Assembly: GCA_035500505.1 (NCBI GenBank)
Contig: DATJXE010000003.1
Span: 267,605 to 331,604, forward strand
Origin: Minisyncoccota bacterium
GTDB lineage: Bacteria; Patescibacteriota; Minisyncoccia; Phycocordibacterales; UBA2100
Direction: 5' to 3'
DNA length: 64,000 nt
The position numbers and the translations under genes are program-made. The notes beneath the pieces were generated by a model that saw only the letters and a program-made list of their open reading frames with translations, had not been told where the DNA came from and did not search any database. This document shows positions 17,583 to 27,317 of the stretch, piece after piece; within the stretch, counting starts at the first letter, position 1, and each line of letters opens with the position of its first letter.

Positions 17583-18650
17583 ATGGCAGCCCCGATATAT
17601 GAAAAACTGCTCGCGCAGCATCTAGAGATATTGGAAAATTTACAGTACGAATCCGGCCTTTTCGCCGCATCGAAAAAGGGCGAGGGAGAGGGCTACGACA
17701 AAGCGTGGCTGCGCGATAATTTCTACGAATGCCTCGCATTTGAGGTCGTAGGCGACTACGAGACCGTACAGAAAACGTATCGCGCCGTTCTCGAAATATT
17801 CAAGAAACACGAATATAAAATAGATTATGCGATATCGAAAAAGCCCGAACATACCCACCAATACATCCATCCGCGCTACAACCCGCAAACATTCGAAGAG
17901 TATTGGGAAGAATGGGGGAACAAGCAGAACGACTCCATCGGCTGCGTCCTCTTTGAGATCGGCGAACTTGAGAAGAAACAAAAAGGACTGATAGTCCAGA
18001 ACGACGACGATCGCCGCGTACTCCAAAAGCTCGTCTGGTATCTCTCGACGCTCGAATACTGGCAGGACCCCGACTCCGGCATGTGGGAAGAGAACGAGGA
18101 GGTGCACGCTTCATCCGTCGGTGCGTGCCTCGCGGGGCTCATTTCCATACGGAACGTCGAAGGCGTCGAGGTGCCGGAAGAACTCATCGAACGCGGCAAG
18201 GTCGCGCTTGCAGCCATCTTGCCTCGCGAGTCGAAGGGAAAATTCGTCGACCTCGCACTCCTATCGCTCATTTGGCCATATCACGTGACCGATGCGGCGC
18301 AAACAAAGATGATACTCGAGCATGTCGAATATCATTTGCTGCGCGAGCGCGGCGTTATCCGCTACAAAGGCGACCGTTACTACAACAAGAACGAGGACGG
18401 CTGGTCGGAAGAGGCCGAGTGGACGTTCGGCCTAAGCTGGCTTTCCATCATTTACGAGAAACTCGGCGACAAAGAAAAGGCCAAGGAATACCTGGAGCAA
18501 GCGAAGGCGACCTCAACGAAACGCGGCCTTCCGGAACTCTACTTCTCGAACTCGACGAAATACAACGACAACACGCCCTTGGGGTGGAGTGAATCGCTTT
18601 TCATCATCGCGCTGCACGACGTGAACGAAAAGCGGATGGGGAAGCGCTAG
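17583..18650 (+). CDS. glycoside hydrolase family 15-like (glucoamylase/trehalase-type) protein
   Basis: AWLRDN catalytic-region motif and overall (alpha/alpha)6-like pattern; preceded by TGCTACAAT -10. Confidence 0.65.
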   Translation: MAAPIYEKLLAQHLEILENLQYESGLFAASKKGEGEGYDKAWLRDNFYECLAFEVVGDYETVQKTYRAVLEIFKKHEYKIDYAISKKPEHTHQYIHPRYNPQTFEEYWEEWGNKQNDSIGCVLFEIGELEKKQKGLIVQNDDDRRVLQKLVWYLSTLEYWQDPDSGMWEENEEVHASSVGACLAGLISIRNVEGVEVPEELIERGKVALAAILPRESKGKFVDLALLSLIWPYHVTDAAQTKMILEHVEYHLLRERGVIRYKGDRYYNKNEDGWSEEAEWTFGLSWLSIIYEKLGDKEKAKEYLEQAKATSTKRGLPELYFSNSTKYNDNTPLGWSESLFIIALHDVNEKRMGKR

Positions 18651-19028
18651 CTACTTCACCTGGGAATAGTCGTAGAATACGGCTTCGACGTTGTGGCCGT
18701 CCAGGTCGTGGACGAACGCGGCATAGTAGCCGGGCCAGTAATCCTTGCGATAGCCGGGCTTGCCGTTGTCCTTGCCGCCCGCCTTGAGCGCGGCGTCGTA
18801 GAAAGACTGCACCGCATCCTTGTTTTTGACCGCAAAGGCGACGTGCAGAGGAACAACGCCCTTTTCGTTCGTGCCGATCCAAAAGTCGGTATTTTCACCG
18901 TCGCTGAAGCCCGCGGCCTCGCCGTATTCCATGTTCTGCGTGTAGCCGATGGCGCCGAGGACGGCAGTGTAAAACTTCTTGGACTTTTTGTAATTGCTAA
19001 CCGGGACGCTGGTGTGTGCGATGACCAT
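18651..19028 (-). CDS. VOC/glyoxalase-family protein
   Basis: Paired beta-alpha-beta-beta-beta modules; pattern HVAFAV...FVHDLDGHNVEAV. Confidence 0.7.
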   Translation of the reverse strand: MVIAHTSVPVSNYKKSKKFYTAVLGAIGYTQNMEYGEAAGFSDGENTDFWIGTNEKGVVPLHVAFAVKNKDAVQSFYDAALKAGGKDNGKPGYRKDYWPGYYAAFVHDLDGHNVEAVFYDYSQVK

Positions 19029-19161
19029 AGGGATCGATTTGGTGAGGAATAACTTCTTCAGCCTACCGCCGTCATATAAAAGCGCAATGAACATCGGAAT
19101 GGGCACATACGACAACAGACCCCGAAGGGTCTGTTGTGGGAGATATTTTTCAAGTTCGGTG

Positions 19162-20214
19162 TCAGTTGTCGCCGTGCCCGTTCCCGTGGTCGTTGCCCTG
19201 GCCCTTTCCTTGGTAGCCCGGGAAGAGGAACCAATTTTGGGTGGACGTTGCGGTGGTACTTGTGGCGTTGTTGCCCAATCCGGCTCCGCAGTTGCGCTGG
19301 AAGAAGCCGCGCGTCAGAGGTCCGACGCTCCCGTCGGTGTTGCTCGACGAGGCGATGCCATAGAGCATCTGGAAACGCATCATTGCGCGCGCCGTGAGCG
19401 GGCCGAAGAAGCCGGTGGGCGCGCCCGAGAAGCCGAAGCGCGAATCTCCCGCGAGCATCTGCTGAAGCTGCCGCACGTCGTCGCCGTCATCCCCGATGCG
19501 GAGATTGCGATTGAGCGCGACGCAGAAGCCTTTGCCGATCTGGCCGGGCGGAATGACCGGAGGCGTGGTCGTAGGATGGTTGAATTGACCTGCAAGAAGA
19601 TTCTTGAGCTGCAGCTGGAGCTGTAAGATCTGTTGCAGAAGCGCTTGTATCTGCGCCTGCACCGACGACGATGTGCTCGTCGCGATCACGACGACGATCG
19701 TTTGTGCCGTGGTCGTCCCAACGGGATTCACTGCGGTGAGGGTGTACGTCGTAGTCGTTGTCGGAGAGACAACGTACGACGTGCTCCCGACAGCGCCAAT
19801 GCCGTTATCGAGCGAGGTCGAACTCGCGTTGCTCACGGTCCACGAGAGGGTCGAGCTCTGGCCGCTCGTGATGGAAGCGGGACTCGCCGTGAACGATGCG
19901 ATCGAAGGAAGCACCGGCTGCGCGACCATAGCCGAGCAGGTGCTTGTCGCGACCGAAGAGGACGCGTCCGTCGCCTGGATGCCTATCGAGTAAGTGCCGG
20001 GCGAGTAGGAGAGTGTTTGCGACGTCGATGTGCTGCCGTTGCCCCACAAAAGGGCGATGGGCGCCACGCCTCCCGTGGCGCTCGCGGTCCAGGTGATGCT
20101 CGCGGTCGACGGGACCCCGGAGCAGGATACTGATAATGGCGTGTCGGCATTCGCGATCCCAAAAGAGAGCGCGAGCGCGAGCGCCGCTGAAATGCTAAGC
20201 GTACGAATGTTCAT
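19162..20214 (-). CDS. secreted Ig/PKD-like repeat protein with C-terminal PG-binding domain
   Basis: Signal peptide MNIRTLSISAALALALSFGIANA; Thr/Ser-rich beta repeats; C-terminal LRIGDDGDDVRQLQQML...GFFGPLTARAMMRFQ. Confidence 0.75.
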   Translation of the reverse strand: MNIRTLSISAALALALSFGIANADTPLSVSCSGVPSTASITWTASATGGVAPIALLWGNGSTSTSQTLSYSPGTYSIGIQATDASSSVATSTCSAMVAQPVLPSIASFTASPASITSGQSSTLSWTVSNASSTSLDNGIGAVGSTSYVVSPTTTTTYTLTAVNPVGTTTAQTIVVVIATSTSSSVQAQIQALLQQILQLQLQLKNLLAGQFNHPTTTPPVIPPGQIGKGFCVALNRNLRIGDDGDDVRQLQQMLAGDSRFGFSGAPTGFFGPLTARAMMRFQMLYGIASSSNTDGSVGPLTRGFFQRNCGAGLGNNATSTTATSTQNWFLFPGYQGKGQGNDHGNGHGDN

Positions 20215-20487
20215 ACAATGCGGTGTTGCAATGTGTACTGACTCCAATTTACTGATAAATAAACCGAACACATTTCGCCCGTATGCCAGCAAAAGGCCGC
20301 ATACAAGCTCTCAGTATAGACGATTCCCAGAGCGCTTCATTACAGATTCACTTTAGGTACCAAGGTCCACCTATAAAAGATATCGACTGCGGGCAGGGTC
20401 GGTCTAGAACCAGAGCCCGTCAAGCCACATCAGCACTTCTTAGCGAATTGACGACTCGGCAAAATGAGGGGGAGCGGTCGCGATCTA

Positions 20488-21072
20488 TTATCCGTTATCC
20501 GGCGGAGTCGGAGTTGTACTAACCATAAACGTCACTGTCTGAGCAGTTGGATCGATAGCGGTCACTTTTAGTTTTACGATCCCTGTGGAAGAATTTGTAT
20601 CGTACCATTCTTCGTCACCCCATTTAGCAGACCAGCTAAGATAAGAACCAATTCCTGCACCAGGTCCATACTCATCCTGAGTAAGTCCCCACGTTTTTGC
20701 TGTTTCAGCAAGCCCGGCCTCCATGGTGCTGCTGGCATCAATGACATTCACGATTGTGGACGGATATTGCCCACCCGTAACGGATTTGAGTTTAATAGTT
20801 ACGCCGCCTGGACCATCAGTAGCGATTTGACCCATGCCAAGCGTAAAAGCAGTACCGTCAACAGCTTGAAAAGTTTTCGGGTTGGTGGAATTTGTTTGAC
20901 TCGTTTTCGCATTTTGTTGAACAGGCTGTTGTGTAGCAATTTCGGTAGTCTGCTGAGTTGACGTTTGCGTTGTTTCCGAAATCGCAGGCGTGTTGGATTG
21001 ACCCACGTACCACCACGCTACTGCCGCAAGAACAATCAAAATGACGATTCCTATCCAGGTATTTCGACTCAT
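20488..21072 (-). CDS. membrane-anchored hypothetical protein (N-terminal TM, Thr/Gln-rich linker, globular C-domain)
   Basis: ORF with TM WIGIVILIVLAAVAWWYV; low-GC island. Confidence 0.6.
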   Translation of the reverse strand: MSRNTWIGIVILIVLAAVAWWYVGQSNTPAISETTQTSTQQTTEIATQQPVQQNAKTSQTNSTNPKTFQAVDGTAFTLGMGQIATDGPGGVTIKLKSVTGGQYPSTIVNVIDASSTMEAGLAETAKTWGLTQDEYGPGAGIGSYLSWSAKWGDEEWYDTNSSTGIVKLKVTAIDPTAQTVTFMVSTTPTPPDNG

Positions 21073-21299
21073 GAGTTTATTAGAAAGGAGTAAGTGAACG
21101 CCTCAACTCTAGCTTACACAACCGCAAAGTAAAGCAACTTGCAAACTCACGAATGGCGAACGGTCGCCCACTGCCTCAAGAGCATTGGTCACTCGATACC
21201 ATGCCCATTCCTGCGGGCTACCCGAGATTCAACAATTATAGCTCAACCCCCATAAGGGTATTTTAGAGGATTCTTAGGAGCCATGCCGAGGTACTCGGG

Positions 21300-21566
21300 T
21301 CATTGCGATTTATTTGTATTTGACTGAATAGCATCCCCAGCTTTGTAAGTCCCGGGGCCGATGTAAACGTTGCCACCGTTACCTTGGACACTTCCATCTC
21401 CGGCGCGAATTATTATATCGCCTCCTTTATTCGAAGGTGTTTGGGTGTTTTTAGGCTTACTTGAAAAGTAATTAGCCACAAGCGCGATAGTCAAAGGCAC
21501 GAGAACCACCGCTACCCAAAATTCTGGAGTTTTAAGGAAGTTCCACATCTTTGAAATTTTACTCAT
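21300..21566 (-). CDS. small TM protein with Gly-rich C-terminus
   Basis: 88 aa; TM FWVAVVLVPLTIALVANYF; GDGSVQGNGGNVYIGPG tail. Confidence 0.5.
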   Translation of the reverse strand: MSKISKMWNFLKTPEFWVAVVLVPLTIALVANYFSSKPKNTQTPSNKGGDIIIRAGDGSVQGNGGNVYIGPGTYKAGDAIQSNTNKSQ

Positions 21567-21698
21567 ATAGTAAGTAGGCGGGTCTACCGATAAATAGTAT
21601 TCACTGCGGTGAAGGTCGGTTGCGAACTAACCCGTTCCAATCAGTGTAAGGGTTTTTCGAGCGACTTTGGAACTAGCCAAAACTAGGGGGAACGGTCG

Positions 21699-22376
21699 CT
21701 ACTCCAAATCACTTTTCCCGATGTTACAGACTGAACAAAGGGTCTGGAGATTTTCGAGAATTGTCTCGCCCCCGTTCGCCCATGCTTTTATGTGATCTAC
21801 ATGGAGAATGATACTTGGATCAGTGGCAGGAGAACGTCCACAATTTTTGCACTTAAAATTATCGCGCCTCATTACTACAAAACGAAGTCGCCAATTTATC
21901 TCACGCTTAGTTTTGTGTTTGGAAGAAGGTTCAACTTGTAGATTTTCAATCGAACTTTCAGAAGCGACATCTGCGTCATTATTTATATATGCTACAAAAC
22001 TTTCTAAGCCTTTCATCCATGTACCAAAGTGCTTTTTGTAGGTCCCTGCGGAGTATTTTGAGAGCGGTGGGAACATATCTGCCTGTATCGGCTGGTGCCC
22101 CAATTTTGTCCAGACCTCTTCAAGATTTTCAAAAAGCTCCTCGTCACTTACGCGAATATTTTTTTGGTGTCTTGCCATATTAAGACCCGCACGCTCGTGG
22201 GCCTTTGCCCAACCCCCTAACCTATCAGCCATGTTCGAACTATCGAATTTTCCAAACTCGTCCTGTTGCTCTCTCGTAACAAAATCCTGATTTAATTTAG
22301 CAGCAGTATTTTTCAGATCAGCGATGAGCTCATCTTCTGGCGTATTTCTATGGACTTTTTTGAGCTCAAATTTCAT
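21699..22376 (-). CDS. HNH endonuclease domain protein
   Basis: C-terminal CKNCG...HVDHIKAWANGGETILENLQTLCSVCN (HNH motif); N-terminal domain unrecognised; low GC. Confidence 0.85.
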   Translation of the reverse strand: MKFELKKVHRNTPEDELIADLKNTAAKLNQDFVTREQQDEFGKFDSSNMADRLGGWAKAHERAGLNMARHQKNIRVSDEELFENLEEVWTKLGHQPIQADMFPPLSKYSAGTYKKHFGTWMKGLESFVAYINNDADVASESSIENLQVEPSSKHKTKREINWRLRFVVMRRDNFKCKNCGRSPATDPSIILHVDHIKAWANGGETILENLQTLCSVCNIGKSDLE

Positions 22377-22442
22377 AGCCCCATCTTAGCTTGGTTATAG
22401 GAAATATGGCACTCGGTCTCATAACACCGGTGCTCAATCCTG

Positions 22443-22529
22443 CGGAGAGGGAGGGATTCGAACCCTCGGACCGGTTTCCCGGTCAACACATTAGCAGTGT
22501 GTTGCATTCGACCGCTCTGCCACCTCTCC
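22443..22529 (-). tRNA. tRNA-Ser (GCU)
   Basis: GGAGAGG...anticodon loop CUGCUAA, long variable arm GACCGGGAAACCGGTC, T-arm GAGGGTTCGAATCCCTC. Confidence 0.9.
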
Positions 22530-22611
22530 CCATACGCCCCGGCATCGGGCGTACAATTGCGAGCAATTGTTTTAGCCCGAGCACACAAGATACCACGAGC
22601 GATACTTCTTT

Positions 22612-23487
22612 TCACATCGCCGCGGGAGCGGGCACTTGATCCTCAGCTGCGGAGCGCAGGCCCGGGATAACCTTATCGGTAAAGTTGTCAGCGAGGTCGT
22701 GGAGTTCGAGGAAGTCTTCGCGTTTGTAAATGGGCCCGGTTCGCGTCAAATACACTTTGTTGCCGACTATTTCACAGTTGTATCCCGAGAACTTCTGTAT
22801 CAAATCTTGCATGATATCTGGCTCGAATATCTCGCGTGCCTGCACTTGCGCGTCATTGCCGACGAGAAGCGTGAAGTGCTTCCCGAAGTCGCCTTCGAGA
22901 TTCACGGTGCTCATGCCGGCGACGGAACCGAATTCATTCGTCCATGAAGCGGGCTTGAGAATAATATGTGGCAAAGCGTTCGTGTACGTGAGCTCGAATA
23001 CAGCTTTCGTGTAAGTGCGGGCATTCTTTCCGTAACCGACCGTATATTGATATGTGAAGATCCGCACTGGATAAGAGTGATATGTCCCGGAAATCACGTC
23101 ATACACCCTCTGACTATGGCCGATCGCGAGGGACGTGCCAACGACGCTCTCCACGGGCGCGCTTTCCTCGTACGTATAACCGAGGGTGCTCGCTATTTGT
23201 TCGACAAAAAGATGTTGAACGCGCAAGCGATAGTAGTTGTAGAGCCAAGAAATACCTAAGATGGGGAGTATCGGGAGGATGATGATCCTCGCGTCAAACG
23301 CGGCGGGGTTCGCCAAATACAGTAGGTAGATCTCGTACCCCGAGACGGCGCTGATCGCAAGACAGAGGATCGCGACGCCGCCGAACAATAGTGCGTGTTG
23401 GTGAATGATATACGTGTTTGTGCTCGACCGCACATCCTCGATCGAACCGCCGACCTGACTCTGTAATGCTTCGTCCGCCCCATCCAT
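22612..23487 (-). CDS. hypothetical membrane protein
   Basis: 291-aa ORF, N-terminal TMs; family not recognised. Confidence 0.6.
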   Translation of the reverse strand: MDGADEALQSQVGGSIEDVRSSTNTYIIHQHALLFGGVAILCLAISAVSGYEIYLLYLANPAAFDARIIILPILPILGISWLYNYYRLRVQHLFVEQIASTLGYTYEESAPVESVVGTSLAIGHSQRVYDVISGTYHSYPVRIFTYQYTVGYGKNARTYTKAVFELTYTNALPHIILKPASWTNEFGSVAGMSTVNLEGDFGKHFTLLVGNDAQVQAREIFEPDIMQDLIQKFSGYNCEIVGNKVYLTRTGPIYKREDFLELHDLADNFTDKVIPGLRSAAEDQVPAPAAM

Positions 23488-23509
23488 GGCCTAATGGTAC
23501 CATCACCCG

Positions 23510-24412
23510 ATGCGCACGTTATTTGCAATCCTTAAATGGCGCTTCGGGCTTTCGCGTGCAAAAGCGAGGGAGCGGACGGCGTACGTTCCGGAATACGGGA
23601 TGCCGGACATCCATAGTATCGAGGAACCGGACCCCAACAAGATACAACTCACCTGGGTCGGGCATTCGACCTTCCTCATCCAGGTTGCGGGGGTGAATAT
23701 ATTGACCGACCCGATATGGAGCGAGCGGGCGTCGCCCGTGTCGTGGGCGGGGCCAAAACGTTTTGCACGACCGGGGATACGTTTTGAGGATCTACCAAAA
23801 ATTGATCTCGTTCTTATCAGTCACACGCATTATGATCATCTTGATCGGCCGACCATTTTGAAATTGGGGAACGCGCCGCGTTACATATTGCAGGAGCGTA
23901 CGAAGTGGTGGTTCGCGAGCGAAGGCATTACCAACGCATCAGAATTGTCTTGGTGGGAAACGGAAAAACGCGGAGCGGTCGCAGTAACCGCCGTCCCAGC
24001 CAAGCATTGGTCCAAGCGAGGACTCTTCCGCACCAACGAAGCGGGATGGGGCGGGTTCGTCATTGAGTCTCCCGCCGGAATTATTTATTTCGCGGGCGAT
24101 ACCGGCTATCACGATGAGTATTTCAAGGAGATAGGAAAACGTATCCCGAACATCGACCTCGCGCTCATTCCGATAGGCGCGTACTTTCCGCGTGCGATAT
24201 TCGGGCGTTTTCACGTGGACCCGCGCGAAGCGATACTGGTGCATACGGAAGTGAAGGCGAAGACCTCCATCGGCATGCATTGGGGCGTCTTCGAGCTCAC
24301 GCAAGAACCGCTTAGCGAGCCACCGCGGCGCCTCGCCGAAGAGCGTTCCGTGTTGGGAATCTCTCCGCAAGAATTTTCGGTGATGAAGATAGGAGAGACG
24401 CGGCTTCTCTGA
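23510..24412 (+). CDS. MBL-fold metallo-hydrolase
   Basis: HxHxDH motif LISHTHYDHLD. Confidence 0.85.
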   Translation: MRTLFAILKWRFGLSRAKARERTAYVPEYGMPDIHSIEEPDPNKIQLTWVGHSTFLIQVAGVNILTDPIWSERASPVSWAGPKRFARPGIRFEDLPKIDLVLISHTHYDHLDRPTILKLGNAPRYILQERTKWWFASEGITNASELSWWETEKRGAVAVTAVPAKHWSKRGLFRTNEAGWGGFVIESPAGIIYFAGDTGYHDEYFKEIGKRIPNIDLALIPIGAYFPRAIFGRFHVDPREAILVHTEVKAKTSIGMHWGVFELTQEPLSEPPRRLAEERSVLGISPQEFSVMKIGETRLL

Positions 24413-24414
24413 TC

Positions 24415-25098
24415 TCACGCTCGCGCGAGGGCAAGCAACGAGACCTCGGCGCCGCACCTTTTGAGCGGCTTGCCGGCGTTGACGAGGGTCGCGCCGGTCG
24501 TCGCGACGTCATCGATGAGGAAAATGTGCGCGTGTGCGATGCGCGCGGGGTCGGGAACCTCGAACGCACCCGCGACGTTCCTTACGCGCTCTTTGCGCGA
24601 AAGTTTCGTCTGCTGCTTCGTCGCTCTCGGGCGCACGAGGACTTCCGGCGAGAGCTTCGAGAGTGTTCCGTCCCGGAACTCTTGCGGAAGCGCCTTCAGA
24701 ACGATCTCTATCTGATTGAACCCGCGCTCGCGTTTGCGGGAACTGTGCAGTGGTATTGGCACGAGCAGAATTTCTCGGGGCGAAAATTGCCGCGCGCTTG
24801 CGAGCTCTTCCCGCAGATAGTCAGCAAGCGCGGCGGCGGCCAGAGCCGCCGCCGCGCCGGAGCCATCGTACTTAAGCGCACGTATCAAGTCTTGCACGAC
24901 CGCGTGCTGATAGTTCATGACGGTCGTTATGCGCGCGCCGAGAAGCTCATGCACAGCCGGTGTGACAGGCACGTCTTCGAGCGAGCGTGCCTTGGTGCGC
25001 ATGGCACGCTCGCGCGGCGGCGCGATAGCGTCCGCCACCGAATCAAAAAAGCTCCGTACCTGCCTCGCGGCAAGGCGGGCGACCCCGAGTACGTCCAT
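24415..25098 (-). CDS. comFC: ComF-family phosphoribosyltransferase-domain protein
   Basis: PRTase motif IFLIDDVATTGATL at C-terminus; typical ComFC length. Confidence 0.8.
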   Translation of the reverse strand: MDVLGVARLAARQVRSFFDSVADAIAPPRERAMRTKARSLEDVPVTPAVHELLGARITTVMNYQHAVVQDLIRALKYDGSGAAAALAAAALADYLREELASARQFSPREILLVPIPLHSSRKRERGFNQIEIVLKALPQEFRDGTLSKLSPEVLVRPRATKQQTKLSRKERVRNVAGAFEVPDPARIAHAHIFLIDDVATTGATLVNAGKPLKRCGAEVSLLALARA

Positions 25099-25136
25099 TC
25101 ACTCATTGTACGACCTCATTATGGTACACTTCCGCG

Positions 25137-25463
25137 ATGACAGAACTCGCGCAGAAGAAATGCGTCGCGTGTGAGGGCACCGAGACACCCTTCACGAAGG
25201 AAGAGGCCGATGTCCTGATGAAACAGCTGAACGGCTGGACCCTAAGCGGCGACGTGCGCTGGATATCCAAGGAATTTAAGTTCAAGAACTTCAGGGAAGC
25301 CCTGCAGTTCACCGACAAGGTGGGCGCGATCGCTGAAGAGGAGGGCCACCATCCCGACATCCAGCTCTCCTGGGGCAAGGTAATCGTCGAACTCACGACG
25401 CATGCGATAAAAGGTCTTTCGGAAAACGACTTCATCCTCGCGGCGAAGATCGATTCACTTTGA
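25137..25463 (+). CDS. pterin-4a-carbinolamine dehydratase (PCD/DCoH)
   Basis: EEEGHHPDIQLSWGKV PCD signature. Confidence 0.85.
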   Translation: MTELAQKKCVACEGTETPFTKEEADVLMKQLNGWTLSGDVRWISKEFKFKNFREALQFTDKVGAIAEEEGHHPDIQLSWGKVIVELTTHAIKGLSENDFILAAKIDSL

Positions 25464-25470
25464 ATAGCGG

Positions 25471-25479
25471 TGCTATAAT
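25471..25479 (+). promoter_or_regulatory. extended -10 TGCTATAAT 6 nt upstream of the pilM ATG (leaderless)
   Basis: Motif position only. Confidence 0.4.
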
Positions 25480-25485
25480 TTCATA

Positions 25486-26625
25486 ATGGCGTTCTCTATC
25501 AGTGATGTTTTCAAGAACCTCTCAAAAGGCGGCGCGGGTGACTCAGTGCTCGGCATCGACATCGGCGCTTCTTCGGTGAAGATCGTGCAGCTTCGCGCTT
25601 CGCGCGGCGCGGCCGTCCTTGAGACCTACGGCGAGATAGCCCTCGGCCCCTATGGCAAGCAGCCGATAGGGAAGTCGGTGAAGCTCGAACCGGAGATCGT
25701 CGCGACGGCCATTACCGATCTCATGAAAGAAGCGAACGTGACCGCGCGCTCCGGCGGCATTTCCATTCCGTTCTCTTCAAGCCTCGTCACTATTCTCGAC
25801 CTGCCGAAGGTCGACAAATCCGCTCTCAAGCAAGTGATCCCCATCGAAGCGCGCAAATACATCCCCGTCCCGATCTCCGAAGTATCGCTCGATTGGTTCG
25901 TCATTCCCGAAGAAGAGGCCCAGGACAGCGCGTTCGATCAGCTGAAACCGAAGACCCAAAAGGCGCCTGGCATCGAGGTGCTCCTCGTCGCCATCCAGAA
26001 CGGCACCATCTCGAATTTCCAGGCCATCACGCAGGCCGCGGGGATCCACGTGGAGTTCTTCGAGATAGAGATATTCAGCGCGATACGCTCTTCGCTCTCG
26101 CACGGCATCGCCCCTATCCTTATCGTGGACATTGGTGCGGCATCCGCGAAAATGTACGTCGTCGAGCGGGGCATCGTGCGCCTCACGCACCTGGTCACCC
26201 AAGGCGGTTCGCAGATGACCGACGTCTTGGCGCGGTCGATGAACTGGGATTTCGAGAAAGCCGAGCGCGTGAAGCGCGAACGCGGCCTCCTTCCGCAGAA
26301 GGCATATTCGATGGAGGAGAATGAACGCATCTCGCAGGCGCTGTTATCAACACTAACGCGGCTCTTTTCGGAGGTGAATAAGGTACTATTGAGTTACGGG
26401 CAGCGGTATAACAAAAACGTATCGCGCGTCGTGCTGACAGGTGGCGGCGCCTCACTGCCCGGACTCTCCGCCGAAGCGAAAAAATCGCTCAATGCGGAAG
26501 TCGAGATAGCCGACCCGTTCTCGCGCACGGAGGCACCCGCGTTCTTGGGGGAGGTGCTTCGCGACATCGGGCCCGGATTCGCGGTTTCCGCGGGACTCGC
26601 GCTCCGAAAACTCCGCGGACAATAG
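25486..26625 (+). CDS. pilM: type IV pilus assembly protein PilM
   Basis: Actin-like ATPase fold; N-terminus GIDIGASSVKIVQL typical of PilM. Confidence 0.88.
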   Translation: MAFSISDVFKNLSKGGAGDSVLGIDIGASSVKIVQLRASRGAAVLETYGEIALGPYGKQPIGKSVKLEPEIVATAITDLMKEANVTARSGGISIPFSSSLVTILDLPKVDKSALKQVIPIEARKYIPVPISEVSLDWFVIPEEEAQDSAFDQLKPKTQKAPGIEVLLVAIQNGTISNFQAITQAAGIHVEFFEIEIFSAIRSSLSHGIAPILIVDIGAASAKMYVVERGIVRLTHLVTQGGSQMTDVLARSMNWDFEKAERVKRERGLLPQKAYSMEENERISQALLSTLTRLFSEVNKVLLSYGQRYNKNVSRVVLTGGGASLPGLSAEAKKSLNAEVEIADPFSRTEAPAFLGEVLRDIGPGFAVSAGLALRKLRGQ

Positions 26626-26638
26626 CAATACTTTCTAT

Positions 26639-27316
26639 ATGGACTCGCCGACGCAGCCCACATTCATTCCGCACGAAGCGGTGACGGCTTCTGCGCGCCG
26701 CGGCGGAGGCGGGCTGTCCGATCTGGCGCTACTCATTTCAATCACGCTCATCATCATTTCGGGCGCACTCGCCGCGGGAGTCTTCCTCTACTCCCAGTAC
26801 CTGCAGACCTCGAACGCGAACAAGCTCGACCAACTCAACCGCGCCGAAGCTTCCTTCAATCCGTCGCTCATCCAACAGCTCACCCGCCTCGACGAACGAA
26901 TGAACGCGGCCCAGACACTTCTCTCCACCCACCTCGCACCCACGCAATTCTTCGCGATGCTGGAGCAGTCGACCGTGCAGGATATTTCGTTCACTTCGCT
27001 TTCGTATGATGCGACCAACCCGACCGGCATCACGCTCACGATGTCGGGAGTTGCCGGCAGCGTGAACTCCATCGCGCTCCAAGCGCAGGTTTTCTCGCAA
27101 AGCGGCATCATTACAAGTCCGATCTTCTCGAACATCGACGCAGAACCGGGAGGCGTCCATTTCAACTTCTCGGCGCTCATCGATCCCTCTTCCATCAACT
27201 ACGAGAAGCTCATCACGGGCGCGGAGGGCGCCGCGCAGCCGCAAACGCAAGCTCCGCAAACGCCTGCGCAGCCCACTTCACCGTTCACGAGTTCCTCGAC
27301 GCCAGCAACACAATAG
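26639..27316 (+). CDS. pilN: PilN-like pilus assembly protein
   Basis: Single N-terminal TM, coiled-coil region, position after pilM. Confidence 0.6.
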   Translation: MDSPTQPTFIPHEAVTASARRGGGGLSDLALLISITLIIISGALAAGVFLYSQYLQTSNANKLDQLNRAEASFNPSLIQQLTRLDERMNAAQTLLSTHLAPTQFFAMLEQSTVQDISFTSLSYDATNPTGITLTMSGVAGSVNSIALQAQVFSQSGIITSPIFSNIDAEPGGVHFNFSALIDPSSINYEKLITGAEGAAQPQTQAPQTPAQPTSPFTSSSTPATQ

Positions 27317-27317
27317 T

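Larger units (their letters stand above)
20200..22442. mobile_element. low-GC compositional island (~45% GC vs ~60% flanks) abutting the 3' end of tRNA-Ser
   Basis: Visible AT enrichment; three minus-strand genes including an HNH nuclease; ends at the tRNA-Ser 3' end; no integrase inside. Confidence 0.4.
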
